From the human T2T-CHM13v2.0 reference genome, Homo sapiens: a stretch of DNA of 64,000 nt. The position numbers were made by a program, and so were the translations under genes. Each line of letters starts with the position of its first letter. Positions within the stretch are counted from its first letter, which is position 1. The stretch lies in assembly GCF_009914755.1 (NCBI RefSeq), contig NC_060929.1; one strand, written 5' to 3'. The notes under the pieces were generated by a model. That model was not told the DNA's origin. It did not search any database and was given only the letters and a program-made list of their open reading frames with translations. Of this stretch, positions 46,960-61,945 are shown piece by piece.

Positions 46960-47819
46960 TCCAAACATTTTAAAAAGAAATAATATCACTACTGTATTCC
47001 ATAAAATAGAAGAGAAAGAAACACTACCTATTTTATGGGACCAGCATTACCTTCATATTCAACCAGACAAAGACAGTATAGAAAAAGAAAACTACACAAC
47101 AATATTCTTCATATAGAAGTGGAAAAAAAAAGCCTTAACAATATCCATTCAAATCCAACAATACACCAAAAAATGAATACACCGTGACTAGGGTTTATTC
47201 TAAAAATGTAAGCCTGGTTCAACATTAAGAAACCAATCAATGCCCACCATATCAACAGTCTAAAGAAGAAAAAAATACATGATTGTTCAATTAATACAAA
47301 AAAAGCTTTTGACAAGATTCAAAATTCATTCATGATTTTTTAAAAACACTCTCAGTGACTAGGAATAGAAAGGGACTTCCTCAGCTCCCTATAATTTGGT
47401 AGATGATAAAGTTCATCATTTTTAAAAATCCCATAAATAAAATCATAACAGTGAAAGACTGAATGTTTTCCTCCTGTAATGGGAAAACAAAGCAAGGACA
47501 AACACATTCACCAAATTATTCATCATCATACTGGAAGTCCTAGCTAATTTAATAAAGCAAGAGAAAGAGATAGGAACGAACTAAATTGTCTCTGTTTGCA
47601 GATGGCATGATTGTCCATGAGGAAAATCCCAAGAAATCTACACCAAACTGCTACAATATCTGAATATAGCATGAGGACACAATACAACCAACATGAAAAA
47701 TTGACCATATTTCAATATACTATGAATCTACAGTTGGAAAGCAAACTTTTTTAAGAAGTACCAAACATCTCCAGAAAATACTGAAATACTAATTATTTTT
47801 AAATGGTAAAGTGAATTCA

Positions 47820-50727
47820 GATCTCACCAGTTACATCAACTAATTTATGTGTCTGTGTATTCTATGCAATTTTATTACATGTGCAAATTCATATTACCAC
47901 CACAGCAGTAAAAATATAGAACAGTTCCATTACAAGGACCTTTAGTGCTAGCCTTTCATAGGGACAGTCTTCCCCACCTGTTAGCAACCACTAATCTGTT
48001 CCCCATCACTACAATTTTGGCATTTCAGAAATGTTATATACATTGAATTATATAGTATATAACTTTTTGAGATTGGCTGTTTCCACTCAGCATACTGCCC
48101 TTGAGATCCATTCAAATTATTGTGTGAATAAGTTATTTGTTCTTTTTTTATATTAGAGTAGTATATCAACAACCTGAATGACTTTTAAAGATATTATACT
48201 GAGTGAAAGTCTACTTTCAAGAGGTTATATACTGTATTATGACATTTATGTGGTATTATCAAAAAGAAAAAATACATATATAGTGATTGAGAATAGATCA
48301 GTGGTTGCAAAAGGGAGGAAGATATGACTACGTAGAATAGCATGACAGAGTTCTTTGAGGGGTGATAGGAGGTACCACAGTTTCTTTAACCATTCACCTA
48401 TCGAAGGACAATTAGGTTGTTTCCAGTTTTTGCTTATTATGAAAAAAGCTGCTATGAACATTTTGGCATAAGCTTTTGTGTGAACATAAGTTTTCATTTC
48501 TCTGAGATAAAAGCTTAAACATTCAACAGCTGGGTCATATGATAAGGAGTAATTTTCTGGGGAAAAAAAAATTTGCCCTATTCTATTCCAGAGAGGCTCT
48601 ATGTTCCTACCAGCAACATGGTGTCTTCCATCATCATCAGCATTTGGTGTTATCACTATTTTTTTTTAACTTTTAGCTATTCTAATAGGTATCTAGTGAT
48701 ATATATTGTAGTGTTGTCATTCTCTAATGGCTAATGATATTGAATATATTTTCATGTGATTATCTTTCATCTGACTATTCTCTTTGATAAACCATCTGTA
48801 CATATCTTTTGCCTACATTTTAATTGGGCAATTTTTTTCATCACTGCTGAGTTTTAAGAGGTATTTATATATTCTAGATACAAGTTATTTGTTAAATATG
48901 TGTTCTGTGAATATTCCCCCCCCCAGTATGTAGCTTGTTTTCATCCTCTTTACAATGTTTTTCAGATCATGAAAGTTCTCAAATTTGATAAAGTCCAATT
49001 TATAATTTTTTCCTTTTTTGGATTATGCTTTTTCCAAGTCTAAGGACTCTGCCTAGTCCTTGATCCCAAAGATTTTCTCCTATGTATGTTTCTAAAAGTT
49101 TTATAGTTTTATGTTTTAAATTTAAGTATTTAATCTATTTTTAGTTAATTTTTACATAAGGCATGAAGCTTAAGTCAAAATCTATTCAGCATATGTGTGT
49201 GGTTTATTTTGGGGTTCTCTATTCTGTTCCATTTATCTATGTATTTATTCCTCCATTAAATACCACAGTCTTTATTACTGTAGTTATGTAAAGTCTGAGC
49301 ATCAGTTATTCACCACATTTTACACTTCTTTACCAAAATTATGTGAGTCTAGATTTTTTGCATTTCCATATAAATTTTAGAGTATACTTTTTTACGTCTA
49401 CAAAAACCTTTCTAGGATTCTGAAAGATACTAAATTAAACCTACAGTTCAATTTGGAGAGAAATGACATCTTTACTATGTTGAGTCTCCCAATCCATGAA
49501 CATGGTACATCTTGCTACTTAGTTAAGTTTCCTTTGATTTCTTTCATCAATACTTTGTAATTTTCAGCATACATATTCTATATATACTTTGCTAGATTTG
49601 TACTAAGGCATTTCATTCTTTGAATAATTTGTAAGTAGCATTGTGTTTTTAATTTTGGTTTCCACATGTGCATTGTCAATATATGGAACTGTGATTGATT
49701 TTTGTAGCCTGCAACCTTGCTGAGCTCATTTATTAGTTCTAGAGATATTTTTTGTAGATTTCTTGGGAATTTTTTATGTAGACCTTCATGTCATCCACAA
49801 ATAAGTATAATTTTATTTCTTCCTACCTAATCTGTATGCCTTTTTTTTTCTTGCATGTTGCACTGGCTAGGACCTCTGGTGTTGTATTGAATAAGAGAGG
49901 TGATAGCAGATTATCTTTGGTTTATTTCCAATATTGGGGAAGAAGATTCAGAAGTATGATGTTAGCTTTAGGTTTCTATAGATGTTCTTTATTAAGTTGT
50001 GGAAGTTTTCCTCTTCTTCAAATTTGCTGAGAATTTTTACCAAAAATAAGCAATTTGTAAAATGTCTTTTCTGCATCAATTAATGTAATTTTTCTTCTTT
50101 AGCCTGTTGATATAGTGAATTTTATTGACTGATTTTCAAATATTGAAACAGCCTTGCACACCTGGAATAACCATGATTGATCACGTTTTATAATTATTTT
50201 TATACATTATGAGATTAAATCTGCTAACATTTTGTTGAGGATATCTGTGCCCAAGTTCATAAGATATTGTTCTGTAACTGTATTGTTTTGCACTATCTTG
50301 TCTGGTTTTTGTATTGATGTAATAATACCCTCATACAATGATTTGGAAATGTTTCCTCCTCTTCTATTTTGTGGAAGAGATTGTACAAAATTGGTGTTAA
50401 TTTTAAATTCAATGTTCAATAGAATTCCCCAGAGAAATTATGTTGGCCTAAAGATTTCTTTTGGGGGAGCTCTTAAATCATGAATTCCATTTATTTAAAG
50501 GTTATTGGATTAATATTGTATTTCATCTTGGATGAATTTTGTATTTTGTAGTTTTCTAGGAATTGATTCATTTATTCTAAGTTGTCAAATCAAATTTATC
50601 TATGTAGAGATATTTGCTGTATTCCCTTACTATTCCGTTAATGACTACAGAATTTATAGTAATATCTTGTTTCATTCCTGATACTGGTATTTTGTGTCTT
50701 CTCCTTCTTTTATCTTTGTCTGTCTTG
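47820..50727 (-). mobile_element. Old L1 (L1MC/MD-type), ORF2 plus 3' end
   Basis: T-rich antisense L1. Peptide HTKAYAKMFIAAFFIISKNWKQPNCPSIGEWLKKLW. Confidence 0.8.
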
Positions 50728-50729
50728 GC

Positions 50730-52020
50730 CACTGGTTTTTAACAGAGATGCAAAAAGAATTCAATAGGGAAAGGTTAGTCTATACAACAAATAGTATTGG
50801 AACAATGGGACATCCATATGGAAAATAAAATGAATTTCAACATATACAAAAATATCTCAGTATGAATCTCACAACTTATACAAAAAAATCTCAAAATAAA
50901 TCTCAGATCTAAATGATGTAAAACTTTTAGAAAAAAATAGAAGATATTTTTGTTAACTGAAGTCAGACAAATAATTCTTATACATGATACCAAAAGCGAG
51001 ATCCATAAAGGAAAAAAATAAATTTTATTAAAATTAAAATAATTTGTTTACAAAAGATATTCAATGAAAAGAATGAAAAGCTGCAGACTGATAGACATAT
51101 ATATAAATAACTTGGAATGAATTTCCTGTGTTCAGAACATTCCAAAAAGTATCAATACTCAACAGTAAGAAAATAAAAAATATATATATATAAATGGGCA
51201 AAAGATTTAAATGCTTCACCAAAGAGGATATATGGATAGAAAATAAATACATAAAAAGATGCTCAACATCATTAGTCATAAGAGAAATGCAAATTAAAAC
51301 AACAATGAGATACTACTACTGACCAATTAGAATACATAAAATAAAAATACTGGTAAGAACAGCAAACAGTCAAAACTCTCATATAATGCTGGTGAAAATG
51401 TAAAAATACTACAGCTCCTCTGGAAAAAGTCAGCAGTTTGTTGTAAAAACAAATATACACTAGGTTACAAGGCAATCCCACTCCTGGCCACCTATTCCAG
51501 AAAAAAAATGAAAATTTATATTCACATAGACATCTGTACAAAATGTTTATAGCAGTTGTATTCATAATTGTCAAAACCTGGAAATAACGTAAAGGTCTTT
51601 CAGTGGGCAAACGGATAAACAAACTGGGATACATCCATACAATGGAATGCTACTCAACGATAAAAGGTAACAAACTTTTAACATTCAACATCTTGAATGA
51701 ATGTCAAAAGTATTATGCTGAGTGAAAGAAGGCTACTTTCAAAAAGTTATGTGCTGTATAATTACATTTCCATAACATTATCAAAAAGAAAAACACTACT
51801 ATAGTGATTGAGACTTGATCAGTGGTTGTAGAGCTTAAGAAGGGAGGAATATAGGACTGCATTATAAAGAATAGCATGAATGAGTTTTTTGGGAGATGAT
51901 GGAACTTTTCTGATTGAGGCAATGGTTACATAAACCTATGCATGTATTGTTAAGCTTCACTGACATGTATAACAAAAAAATCAATTTTATTGATGATTTT
52001 TTGAATAAATAAGTAAATAA
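50730..52020 (+). mobile_element. L1ME1-like 3' portion
   Basis: aaagatgctcaacatcattagtcat...tatgctgagtgaaagaag...gatcagtggttg. Confidence 0.75.
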
Positions 52021-53314
52021 AACATGGGAGGAAAGAGAAGGCAGTCATTGCATGTGATGACAAAGATCACACATAACATGATAGAGTATTGGCTCTCAGC
52101 TAGTGTTGGTATTTAAAGCTATAGCTCAGTAGAGAACAAAAAGAGTTAAAGCAAGTGCTCTAGGAACTATACCTAAATTCTCAGTCCATCTTTTTTATAC
52201 AGCAGCCCATACTGGAATAATTCTTAATGATGAAATTGGAAAAAATTAAAGCATCTGACAATACCAAATGAGAAAATTTGAACCTTATACACTGCAGGTG
52301 GGAGTGTTAATTTTTATGACCACTACAGGGTCATGAAATTTTGTAAAAGTGAATGTGTACGTGCCCAGCAATTCCATTTCTATGTGTACATCCTACAGAA
52401 AGTTGGTGCTTCTACAGACAATATTGTGTGTGAGAGGATATACCCATCAATGCTGTTTATAAAAGGAGAAAATTGGAAACAACTCACATGTCCACAATTA
52501 GGTGAATGGATAAATGAATTTTAGTGTATACCTATAATGAAGTAAGTTTCCAAAAAAGGACATCTGGCCCCAAGGGTTTTAATGAAGACTTTTATGAAAT
52601 GCTTAAAAAAGAATTAACACTATTTCTACACAATCTTACCAAAAAACAGATGAGGAAGAATGCTTACCAATTCATGTTATGCAGCCAATATTTCCCTAAT
52701 ATCAAAACCAGAAAAAGATGATAAAAACAATACCTACAGACTATTATCCCTTCTGAATATTAAATATGGACACACAGATCTTTAACAAAATATTAAAAAT
52801 AGAACTCAGTAATATATAAAAAAAGTATACCTTCATCAAGTTAAGTTTATTTCAGGGATGTAGGATGGTTCCCATTAACAACCTAAAGAAGCAAAATTAC
52901 ATGATCTTATGAATTGATGCAAAAAATGCATTTGAAAAAATTCAAAATTCAATCCTGATTAAACACTCTCCAAAAATTTAGAATAGAGCAGAATCTCCTT
53001 AACTTAATAAAGAGCATCTACAAGAAATCTACAGCTAACATCACAATGGTGAAAGCATGAGTGATTTTCCCCCTTAAATTAGGAGAAGGGAAGTATGTCT
53101 GCTCTCACCAACCTTATTCTACAGTGTTGGAAGTGCCAGCCAGTGCAATAAGGCAAGAAAAGGAAATAAGAGGCATACAGATTGTAAAGGAAAAAAATTT
53201 TCCATATTTACAGATGGCACATGGTTTAAATCTGAAGAAATACACAAATAAACTCCTGGAATTAACTAGTAAGATTACAGGATACAAGATCAACATTCAA
53301 AAATCAATGATATT

Positions 53315-53404
53315 TCTCCCATCCAAGTACTAATCAGGCCCAACCCTGCTTAGCTTCTGAGATCAGACAGGATCAGGTGCATTCAGGGTGGAATGGCCAT
53401 AGAC
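53315..53404 (-). pseudogene. 5S rRNA retropseudogene, nt 1-90, tailless
   Basis: Reverse complement gtctatggccattccaccctgaatgcacctgatc...agtacttggatgggaga matches 5S rRNA with CpG decay. 18-bp TSD. Confidence 0.95.
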
Positions 53405-53429
53405 AAAATCAGTGATATTTCTATACAAA

Positions 53430-53640
53430 CGTCACAACCTATGATGTTTTGACTTCCAATTGTGGAAATGATATGCATTCCCTATGCTCATTGACCTACA
53501 ATGGGGTTACATCTGGATAAACCCATTTTCATCATAAGTTAAAAATACCTTAAGTAGAAAACGCAGTTTCAACTTACAGCATTTTCAACTTATGATGGGT
53601 TTATCAAAACAAAACCACATCATAAACTGAGGAGCATCTG
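53430..53640. mobile_element. MER47-like (Tigger) MITE
   Basis: atggggttacatctggataaaccca...tgatgggtttatc...gaggagcatctg|ta. Confidence 0.75.
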
Positions 53641-54630
53641 TATAACAAAGAGCACACAGAAACAAAATTAAAAATACAAGACCATTCACATTTGCACATA
53701 ACAATGAAGTACTTAAGTATAAACCTTAAAAAAAATTTACAGGACTTATATGCTGAAAACTACAAAATACTGATTAAAGAAATCAGAGAAATATATAAAT
53801 AAAGTGGAGTGGCTTACCACATTCATAGATTGGGAGATTCGACATAGTGAAGAGTCAGTCCTTCCCAAATTGATACACAGGTTTAACATAATCCGTATTA
53901 AAATTCAGCAAAATTTTCTACTTGCTTATTCTAAAATTAATATGGAAAGGCAAAGGAACTAAAATAACTAAAACAATTTTGAAAAAGAAGGAAAAAGTGG
54001 TCTCAAGACATGTAAAATATAATAATCAAGACTATGTAGTATTGTTGGAAAAGAACATAAACCAATGAAACAGAATAGCAAACCCAAAAATAGACCCACA
54101 TTATTATGGCTAACTGATTTTTTTACAAGGGTACACAAGTAATTCAATGAAGGAAGGATAGCAAAATAAGTTGGAGGAATCAGATATTCATTGGCAAAAA
54201 AAAAAAAAAAAAAAGATCTTCAACCTAACCTTCATGCCTTATACAGGATTTAACTCAAAATGAATTGCAGATTTAAATATAACACATAAAACTATAAAAC
54301 TTTTGGAAGAAAACATAGGAGAAAATCTTCAGGTTGGTGAAGAGTTCCTAAACATGACACCAAAAGCATAATACATGAAAGAAAAAAAATCAATAAGTAG
54401 GGCTTAATTAAAGGTAAACACTTGTTCTCTGTGAAAGACCCTATTAAGAAGATGAAAAAGCAAGTTAAAAACTGGAAGAAAACATTTGCAAACCACATAT
54501 CTGACAGAGGACTGATATCTAGAATGTATGAAGAAGTCTTGAAACTCAACAGTGAAAAAACAATACACTTTAAAAATGACCAAGAAAAACATGAACAGAC
54601 ATTTCACCAAAGAGGAGATACAGATGGTAA

Positions 54631-55150
<520 letters not shown>

Positions 55151-55354
55151 GGCAGTTTCTTAAGGAATAAAATATGTATTTACCATATGCTCCAGAAATT
55201 GCACTCCTGGGCATTTATTATAGAGAAGTGAAATTTTACATTCACACAAACACATACACAAAATTCTCATAGCAGATATATTTATAATAGCTAAAAACTA
55301 GAAATAAGAAACAATCAAAATGTTCTTCAATAAGTAAATGGTTAAACTGGTGTA

Positions 55355-55805
55355 CAGTATTCCCCCCTCATCCACGGTTTTACTTTCCACAGTTTCAGTT
55401 ACCTGCAGTCAATTGTGGTTTGAAAACATTAAATGGAAAATTCCAGAAAGAAAAAATTCACAGGTTTTAAATTACACACTGTTCTCAGTAGCATGGTGAA
55501 ATCTTGCCTGTCAGTCACTTAGTTATCAGATTGATTGTTGCGGTATCACAGTGCTTGTAACACAGGCACCCTTATTTTAACCTTTACTTCTATTTGCTAT
55601 TAGTAGCCCTACAGTAAATGAGTAACCCTTTTTTTACTTAGTAGCCCAAAAACACAAGAGTGCTACACCTAATTTGTAATTTATCATCAATCTGTATGTA
55701 TAGGAAAAAACATAGTATATATAGGGTTTTGTACTATCTGTGGCTTCTCAGTCATCCACTGGGGATCTTGGAATGTATCCCAGTTGGATAAGAGGGGGAT
55801 TACTA
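55355..55805. mobile_element. MER44B-like (Tigger7) MITE
   Basis: TIRs cagtattcccccctcatcca / tggataagagggggattacta with TA flanks. Confidence 0.8.
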
Positions 55806-56087
55806 TACATCCATACCATGCAATATTACTTAGTAAGGAAAAGAAATGAACTGCTGACACATGCAATAACTTGGATACATCTCAAGGGCATTATACTGAG
55901 TGAAAAAAAGCCAATCACAAAACATCACATTACTTATAATTCCATTTATCTCATATTCTCAAAATGAAAAAAAATGACAGAGATGGAGAACAGGGTAGTG
56001 GTTACCACGTATTAGAAATGGTGAGAGGGAAAGTGATGGGTGTGACCATACAGAGTAGGTAATATGAGGGAGGTCTTTGTGATGATT

Positions 56088-57275
56088 GAACAAACACTTC
56101 TCAAAAGAAGACATTTGTGCAGCCAATAAACATATTTTAAAAAGCTCAACATCACTGATCATTAGAAAAATACAAATCAAAACCACAAATGAGATACCAT
56201 CTCATGTCAGTCAGAATGACGATTATTAAATTGTCCAGAAACAACAGATGATGAGGTTGCTTTTACACTGTTGGTGGAAGTGTAAATTAGTTCAACCATT
56301 GTGGAAGACAGCATGGTGATTCCTCAAAGATCTAGAAGCAGAAACCCCATTTGAACCAGCAATCCCATTACTGGATGATATGGTTTAGCTGTGTCTCCAT
56401 CTGGAGCTCATCTTGAATTGTAGTTCCCATAATCCCCACATGTCGTGGGAGGGACCTGGTAGGAGGTAACTCAATCATGGGGATGGTTACCTCCATGCTA
56501 ATCTCATATAAGTGAGTTCTCATGAAATCTGCTGATTTTATAAGGGGCCTTTGCCCCTGCTCTACACTTCTTGCACCACCATGTGAAGAAGGACAAGTTT
56601 GCTTCACCTCCCACCATGATTGTAAATTTCCTGAGGCCTCCCCACCGATGCTGAACTGTGAGTCAATTAAGCCTTTTTCCTTTATAAATTACCCAGACTT
56701 GGGTATGTCTTTATTAGCAGCATGAGAGCAGACCAAAACACTGGGTGTATACCCAAAGGAATGTAAATCATTCTGTTATAAAGATCCATGAACGCTAATG
56801 TTCACTGCAGCTCTATTCACAATAGCAAAGACATGGAATCAACCCAAATGCCCATCAATGATAGACTGGATAAAGAAAATGTGGTACATATACACCATGG
56901 AATACTATGCACCCATAAAAAAGAATGCGATCATGTCCATAAAAAAGAATGCAGGGACATGGATGGAGCTGCAAGCCATTATCCTCAGCAAACTAACACA
57001 GGAAAAGAAAACCAAACACCACGTGTTCTCTCTTGTAAGTGGGAGTTGAACGATGAGAACACGTGGACACATGGTGGGGAACAACACACACTGGGGCGTG
57101 TTGAGGAGGGTAGCAGGAGGGAGAGTATGAGGAAAAATAGCTAATGGATGCTGAGCTTAATACCTAGGTGATGGGTTGATCTGTGCAGCAAATCACCATG
57201 CCACACATTTATCTATGTAACAAACCTGCACATCTTGCACATGTACCCCGGAACTTAAAAGTTGAAAAAATATAT
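56088..57275 (+). mobile_element. L1PA16/L1PB-like 3' fragment
   Basis: [25 protein letters not shown] and 3'UTR ctgtgcagcaaatcaccatg. Confidence 0.85.
56376..56740 (+). mobile_element. THE1B/C solo LTR
   Basis: tgatatggtttagctgtgtc...ttattagcagcatgaga...aca, 365 bp. TSD ctgga/ctggg. Confidence 0.92.
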
Positions 57276-58064
57276 ATATATAACAAAATGATGATGAATG
57301 AAATGTTATTCAGGGATCTGCTGTACTGTTATTCTTGGGAGAGATATGTATGCATATGTATATGTACATAGATACAGATAGATATAAAATCTACTATATG
57401 ACAAGCTCCTCATGGGCATAAACCATGCCCTATTTATTTTTTTTAATCTTCAGAACCAATTATAGTGCCTAGTACACAGCAGGGATTCAATAAATTTTTG
57501 ATGAATAAAATAATAAATAATAAATTAAGATAATATTTTATCAGTGATTTTAATTGGCTTTTCTGAAATAATAATCTTTTCAGATTCATAAGCTTATCAA
57601 AGAATATCAAAGCTATTGTTTCATAACATAATTCTAGAATTTACTCCCAAAGCATTGTTAGTGACTAGGAATATTTTTTCCATTGTCCTGCCCCTCAGTG
57701 TTACCACAGTAATTCAACCTATGCAAAATGATACTATTCAAACTATGAAGACACTACATGAGATAATGGGTTCATCATGCACATACTATCCAGGACTTTC
57801 AATCTTACAATATTTCTTATAATATTTAGATGATTTTTTAAAATGGTGCTAACAAGTGAAAAATACACAACAGTAAAAAAAAAACAAAGATGGTAACATT
57901 CTAGAGGGAAAGCCACTTATGAAAAACTTCAGTCTTTGATCTGCTAATTAATTTTACAGAAAGGCAGCCATTCTACATTTTACACTGCCCAAGATAAGAT
58001 GTCTTGCCAATGTGCATGCATAACTCCACCTTTATGAGAAACAAAAAGCAAATAATCAAAAAAT

Positions 58065-58600
58065 AAGAGCCACTCCTACACTCCTAGGTAAATACCCAAA
58101 AGAAATGAAAACACAGACCCACACAAAAACTTGTACATTAATTTTATTACACCATTATCTATAATAGAATAAAAGCAAAAATAATCAAATGTCCATCAAC
58201 TGATGAATAAATAAAATGTGGTTTATACATATAATGGACTATAATTCATCAATAAAAAATAATGAATTACTGATACATGCTTCGACATGGATAAACCTGA
58301 AAATATTTGGTGAGTGAAAGAAGACAATCACAAACATTACTTATAATGTTATTCCATTTACATGAAATGTGCAGAGTAAATAAATCTATACAGAAAGAGT
58401 AGACTGGCGGTTGCCTAGGACTGAAGGTGTTTTGTGAAAATGTGAGGCAATTGTTGATAAGTACAAAGTTTCTTCTTGAGATGATGAAAATATTCTAAAA
58501 TGAACTATGGTGATAGTTCAGAACTGTGAATATACGATAAATCATTTAATTGTATACTTTAAATGGGTGAACTATGTGAATTATATGTCAATAGAGCTAT
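58065..58600 (+). mobile_element. Old L1 (L1MB/ME) 3' end
   Basis: ccactcctacactcctaggtaaatacccaaaagaaatgaaaac...gtcaatagagct. Confidence 0.75.
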
Positions 58601-60129
58601 TAAGTTTTTTAAGTGATATTTGGAACTTTTTCAAGAGAGCAAAATCCAAGTAAATTATTTCTGTGAGGACTTACATCACTGTTTGCATATAATTATATCT
58701 TCAGCACATTATAGTACCCACAGTTAATGATGACAACTTTGTGTCATTAAACAGGATAAACTTTAGTGATATATTTGAAGGCAGAAGACAAGATAGTATA
58801 TTATACTAAGTTTTCACCCAAAAGGATAAAATTTAAGTTCTGGTATGAAAGAGTTAACCCTAACTGGAAAACTCAGGCTTTTCCTAAAGGCAGACTTGGA
58901 GTCTAAATCACTGATGATTTTCCTGCAAATATATTAGTAGTTAACACTAAATAATACAATAATTTATATACACAGCAGTTTCATGATTACCTGAGACAGG
59001 GCACATGCGAATGCTTGGCCGATAGCTGTTCACTAAGAAAAGCTGACAAAGTACTTCTACAGGTCTGAAGCTGGTTGATTTTGGCATTTTATCAGTTTCC
59101 CCTTCCCAGCCCAGTTAATTCTGACAGCCAGAACGATGCCTGTTTCAGTGAGCCCACTTCCAGGCAAACAGCAACACCTGTCAACTAGTTCAGGTTAGTT
59201 TTCATCCTAGAACACCCATTAGCCACACTGATAAGAAAGAACTAGAAAGCACTTCTACATATCTGACATTATCTCTTTGTAACTGCTTCATCCTTCCTAA
59301 CACTATCTTAACCCTACTAAACTAACATTTTACAATTTGGCTGAAACTCAGTCAACCAAGACAAAGTCTGAAATAGTATAACATAATCTTTTAAAATGTT
59401 TTACTTTTGACTCCCAAAAATCTATCCTGCTCCTGCTATGCCTACCCCTCAGACTTTATTCCAGCAAAATAGGTGAAAATATTATTAATTATTGCCTGTA
59501 ATTCCATATTATCATGTAAAATCAGCTAAGAATTTATGAAATGCCTTACTGTATGCAAGATACTATTTCGATACTGTAAATATTCAAAAACGAAAATGAC
59601 ATAGAATAATTTTACACCAGAAAGACTGCAAGAGAAAAAAAAAACTGCTTCCAGGATCAGAATATATGCAGTCCTCATAAAATCCATTTCTACCTGTGTT
59701 TGTAATTGTCCTGAAGGAAATGACCAATACTGGAAAGGAGGACATAGGATAAAGAGCTATAAAGTCAAGTAATATAACTAAAGGTTGAAGAAAAACCAAA
59801 AATCTAAATAAAACTGGTCTAAAATCTAGGCTAAATTAAAATCATGTTGGAAATCCCTTTGCAATACACACCAATAATGAATATCAAGAAATTGACTACT
59901 TGTGAAAAAAAACACTACTGGCTATAGCTTACTTTTCTTAACTGCACTTATTATGTGAAATTAACATTTCTACTTTTGAAAAAGAAGGTCCTTATAGATC
60001 TTCCTAAGCACTTCACTTTAAACTATATATACAGAAAGCCAGTTACACTATTGTAAATTTCTCCTTGAGTTTCTTCTCTACGTTAGTGCTAAGTTGGTTT
60101 GATGTTAAGACATAATTGACTCAATATAT

Positions 60130-61945
60130 AAAACTCAATTGTATTTCTATATACTAACAATGAACAGTTAAAAAAATTAAGAAAACAATTCCATTTATAA
60201 TACCATCCAAAATAAAAAAGTATTTAGGAATAAATGTAATAAAAGAAGTGTAAAACTTCTTAAAACTATAAAACACTGTTTAAAGAAATTAAAGAACTAA
60301 ATAAATGGTAAGACATTCTGTACCATTACAGTAAAAGACTTAATATTGTTAAGATGGCAATACTCCCAAATTTACATATTCAATGCAATTCATATCAAAT
60401 CCCAGCTGCCTTTTTTTGCAAAAATTGACAAGCTGATTCTAAAATTCACGTGGAAATACAAGGGACCCTGTATAGCTAAAACAATCTTGAAAGAAAAAAA
60501 TCAAAGTTGGAGGACTCACATTTCCAGATTTCAAAACTTACTACAAAGGTTGAATAATCAAGATAATGTGGTACTGCCATTAATAAAAGACATACATAGG
60601 TCAATGGAGCACACTTGAGAGGCTAGAAATAAACCCTTACACTTATGGTAAATTGATTTTTGACAAGAGTACCAGGATAATTCTGTGGGTGGTGGGGGTG
60701 GGGTCAGTAGCCTTTTCAACAAATGATCTGAAATAACCGGATATCCATAGCAAAAGAATGCAGTTGAACTATCTTGTTACACCTTATGCAAAATTTATCT
60801 CAAAATGGATCAGAGGCCCAAAAGTAAGAGCTAAAATTATAAAACTCTTGGAAGAAACATAGACATAAATCTCTATGATATTGCATTAAGCGATGGTTTC
60901 TTACTATTACAACAAAAGCACATTCAACAAAAGAAAAACATAAATCAATTTGATACTAAAAATTAAAAACTTTTGTCCTTCAAAGCCCACCATCAACAGA
61001 GTAAAATAGCAAACTACAGAAAGGGATAAAATGTTTGCAAATCATATATCACTGATAAGAGACTTCTATCTAAAAATACCAAGAGTTCCTATAACTCTAT
61101 AATTTAAAAAAAACAGTTTTTAAAAGAGCAAAATATATGAATAGACATTCCTCCAAAGGGGATATACATATGGCCAATAAGCACAAGAAAAGATGCTCAA
61201 TATCAACAAACATCAGAGAAATGCAAATCAAAACCAAAATGAAATACTACTTTTCATCTATTAGAATGCTATTAGCAAAACGACAAATAAACAGAAAATG
61301 TTGGCAAGGAAGTAGAGAAACTGAAACCTGCATACACTGCTGGGAGGAATTTAAAATCGTGCAGCCACTTTGGAAAACAGTCTGTCAGTTTCTCAAAAGA
61401 TTAAACTTAAGAGTTACCATATGACCCAGCAAATCTATTCATAAGATATAACCCAAGACATAAAATATATGTCCACATAAACATTTTTATATGAATTTTC
61501 ATAGCTGCATTATTCATAATAGCCAAAAAGTGGGAATAATCCAAATGTCCACCAACTGATGAATGAAAAATGTTTTATATAATGAATGTTATTCAACAAT
61601 AAAAAATGTGATACATGCTACAACATGGATGAACCTCGAAAACATGCTAAGTGAAAGAAGCCAGTTAAAAGGCCACATACTGTATGATTCTATTTGTGTG
61701 AAACGTACAGAATAGGCAAACCCAGAGACAGAACATAGATTAGTGGTTGCCTAGGGCTGGGGGCTTTGGGAGGAAATGGTGACTGATTGTTAATGGATAC
61801 AGGGTTCCTTTCCGAGTGAGGAAAATATTCTAAAACTGATTGTGGTACTAACTGCACAAGTCTGTGAACATATTAAAAACCACTGAATTGTATACTATAA
61901 ATGACTGAATTGTATGGTATGTAAATATCTCAATAAAACGTTTTA
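60130..61945 (+). mobile_element. L1MB7/8-like 3' portion
   Basis: Degenerate ORF2p (IDKLILKFTWKYKGP; [13 protein letters not shown]) and terminus tatctcaataaa. Confidence 0.85.

Noticed and set aside
59584-59799. GRNGFYEDC resembling nucleotidase GKDGY..F..C
   Set aside because: Flanking residues and splice sites do not fit.
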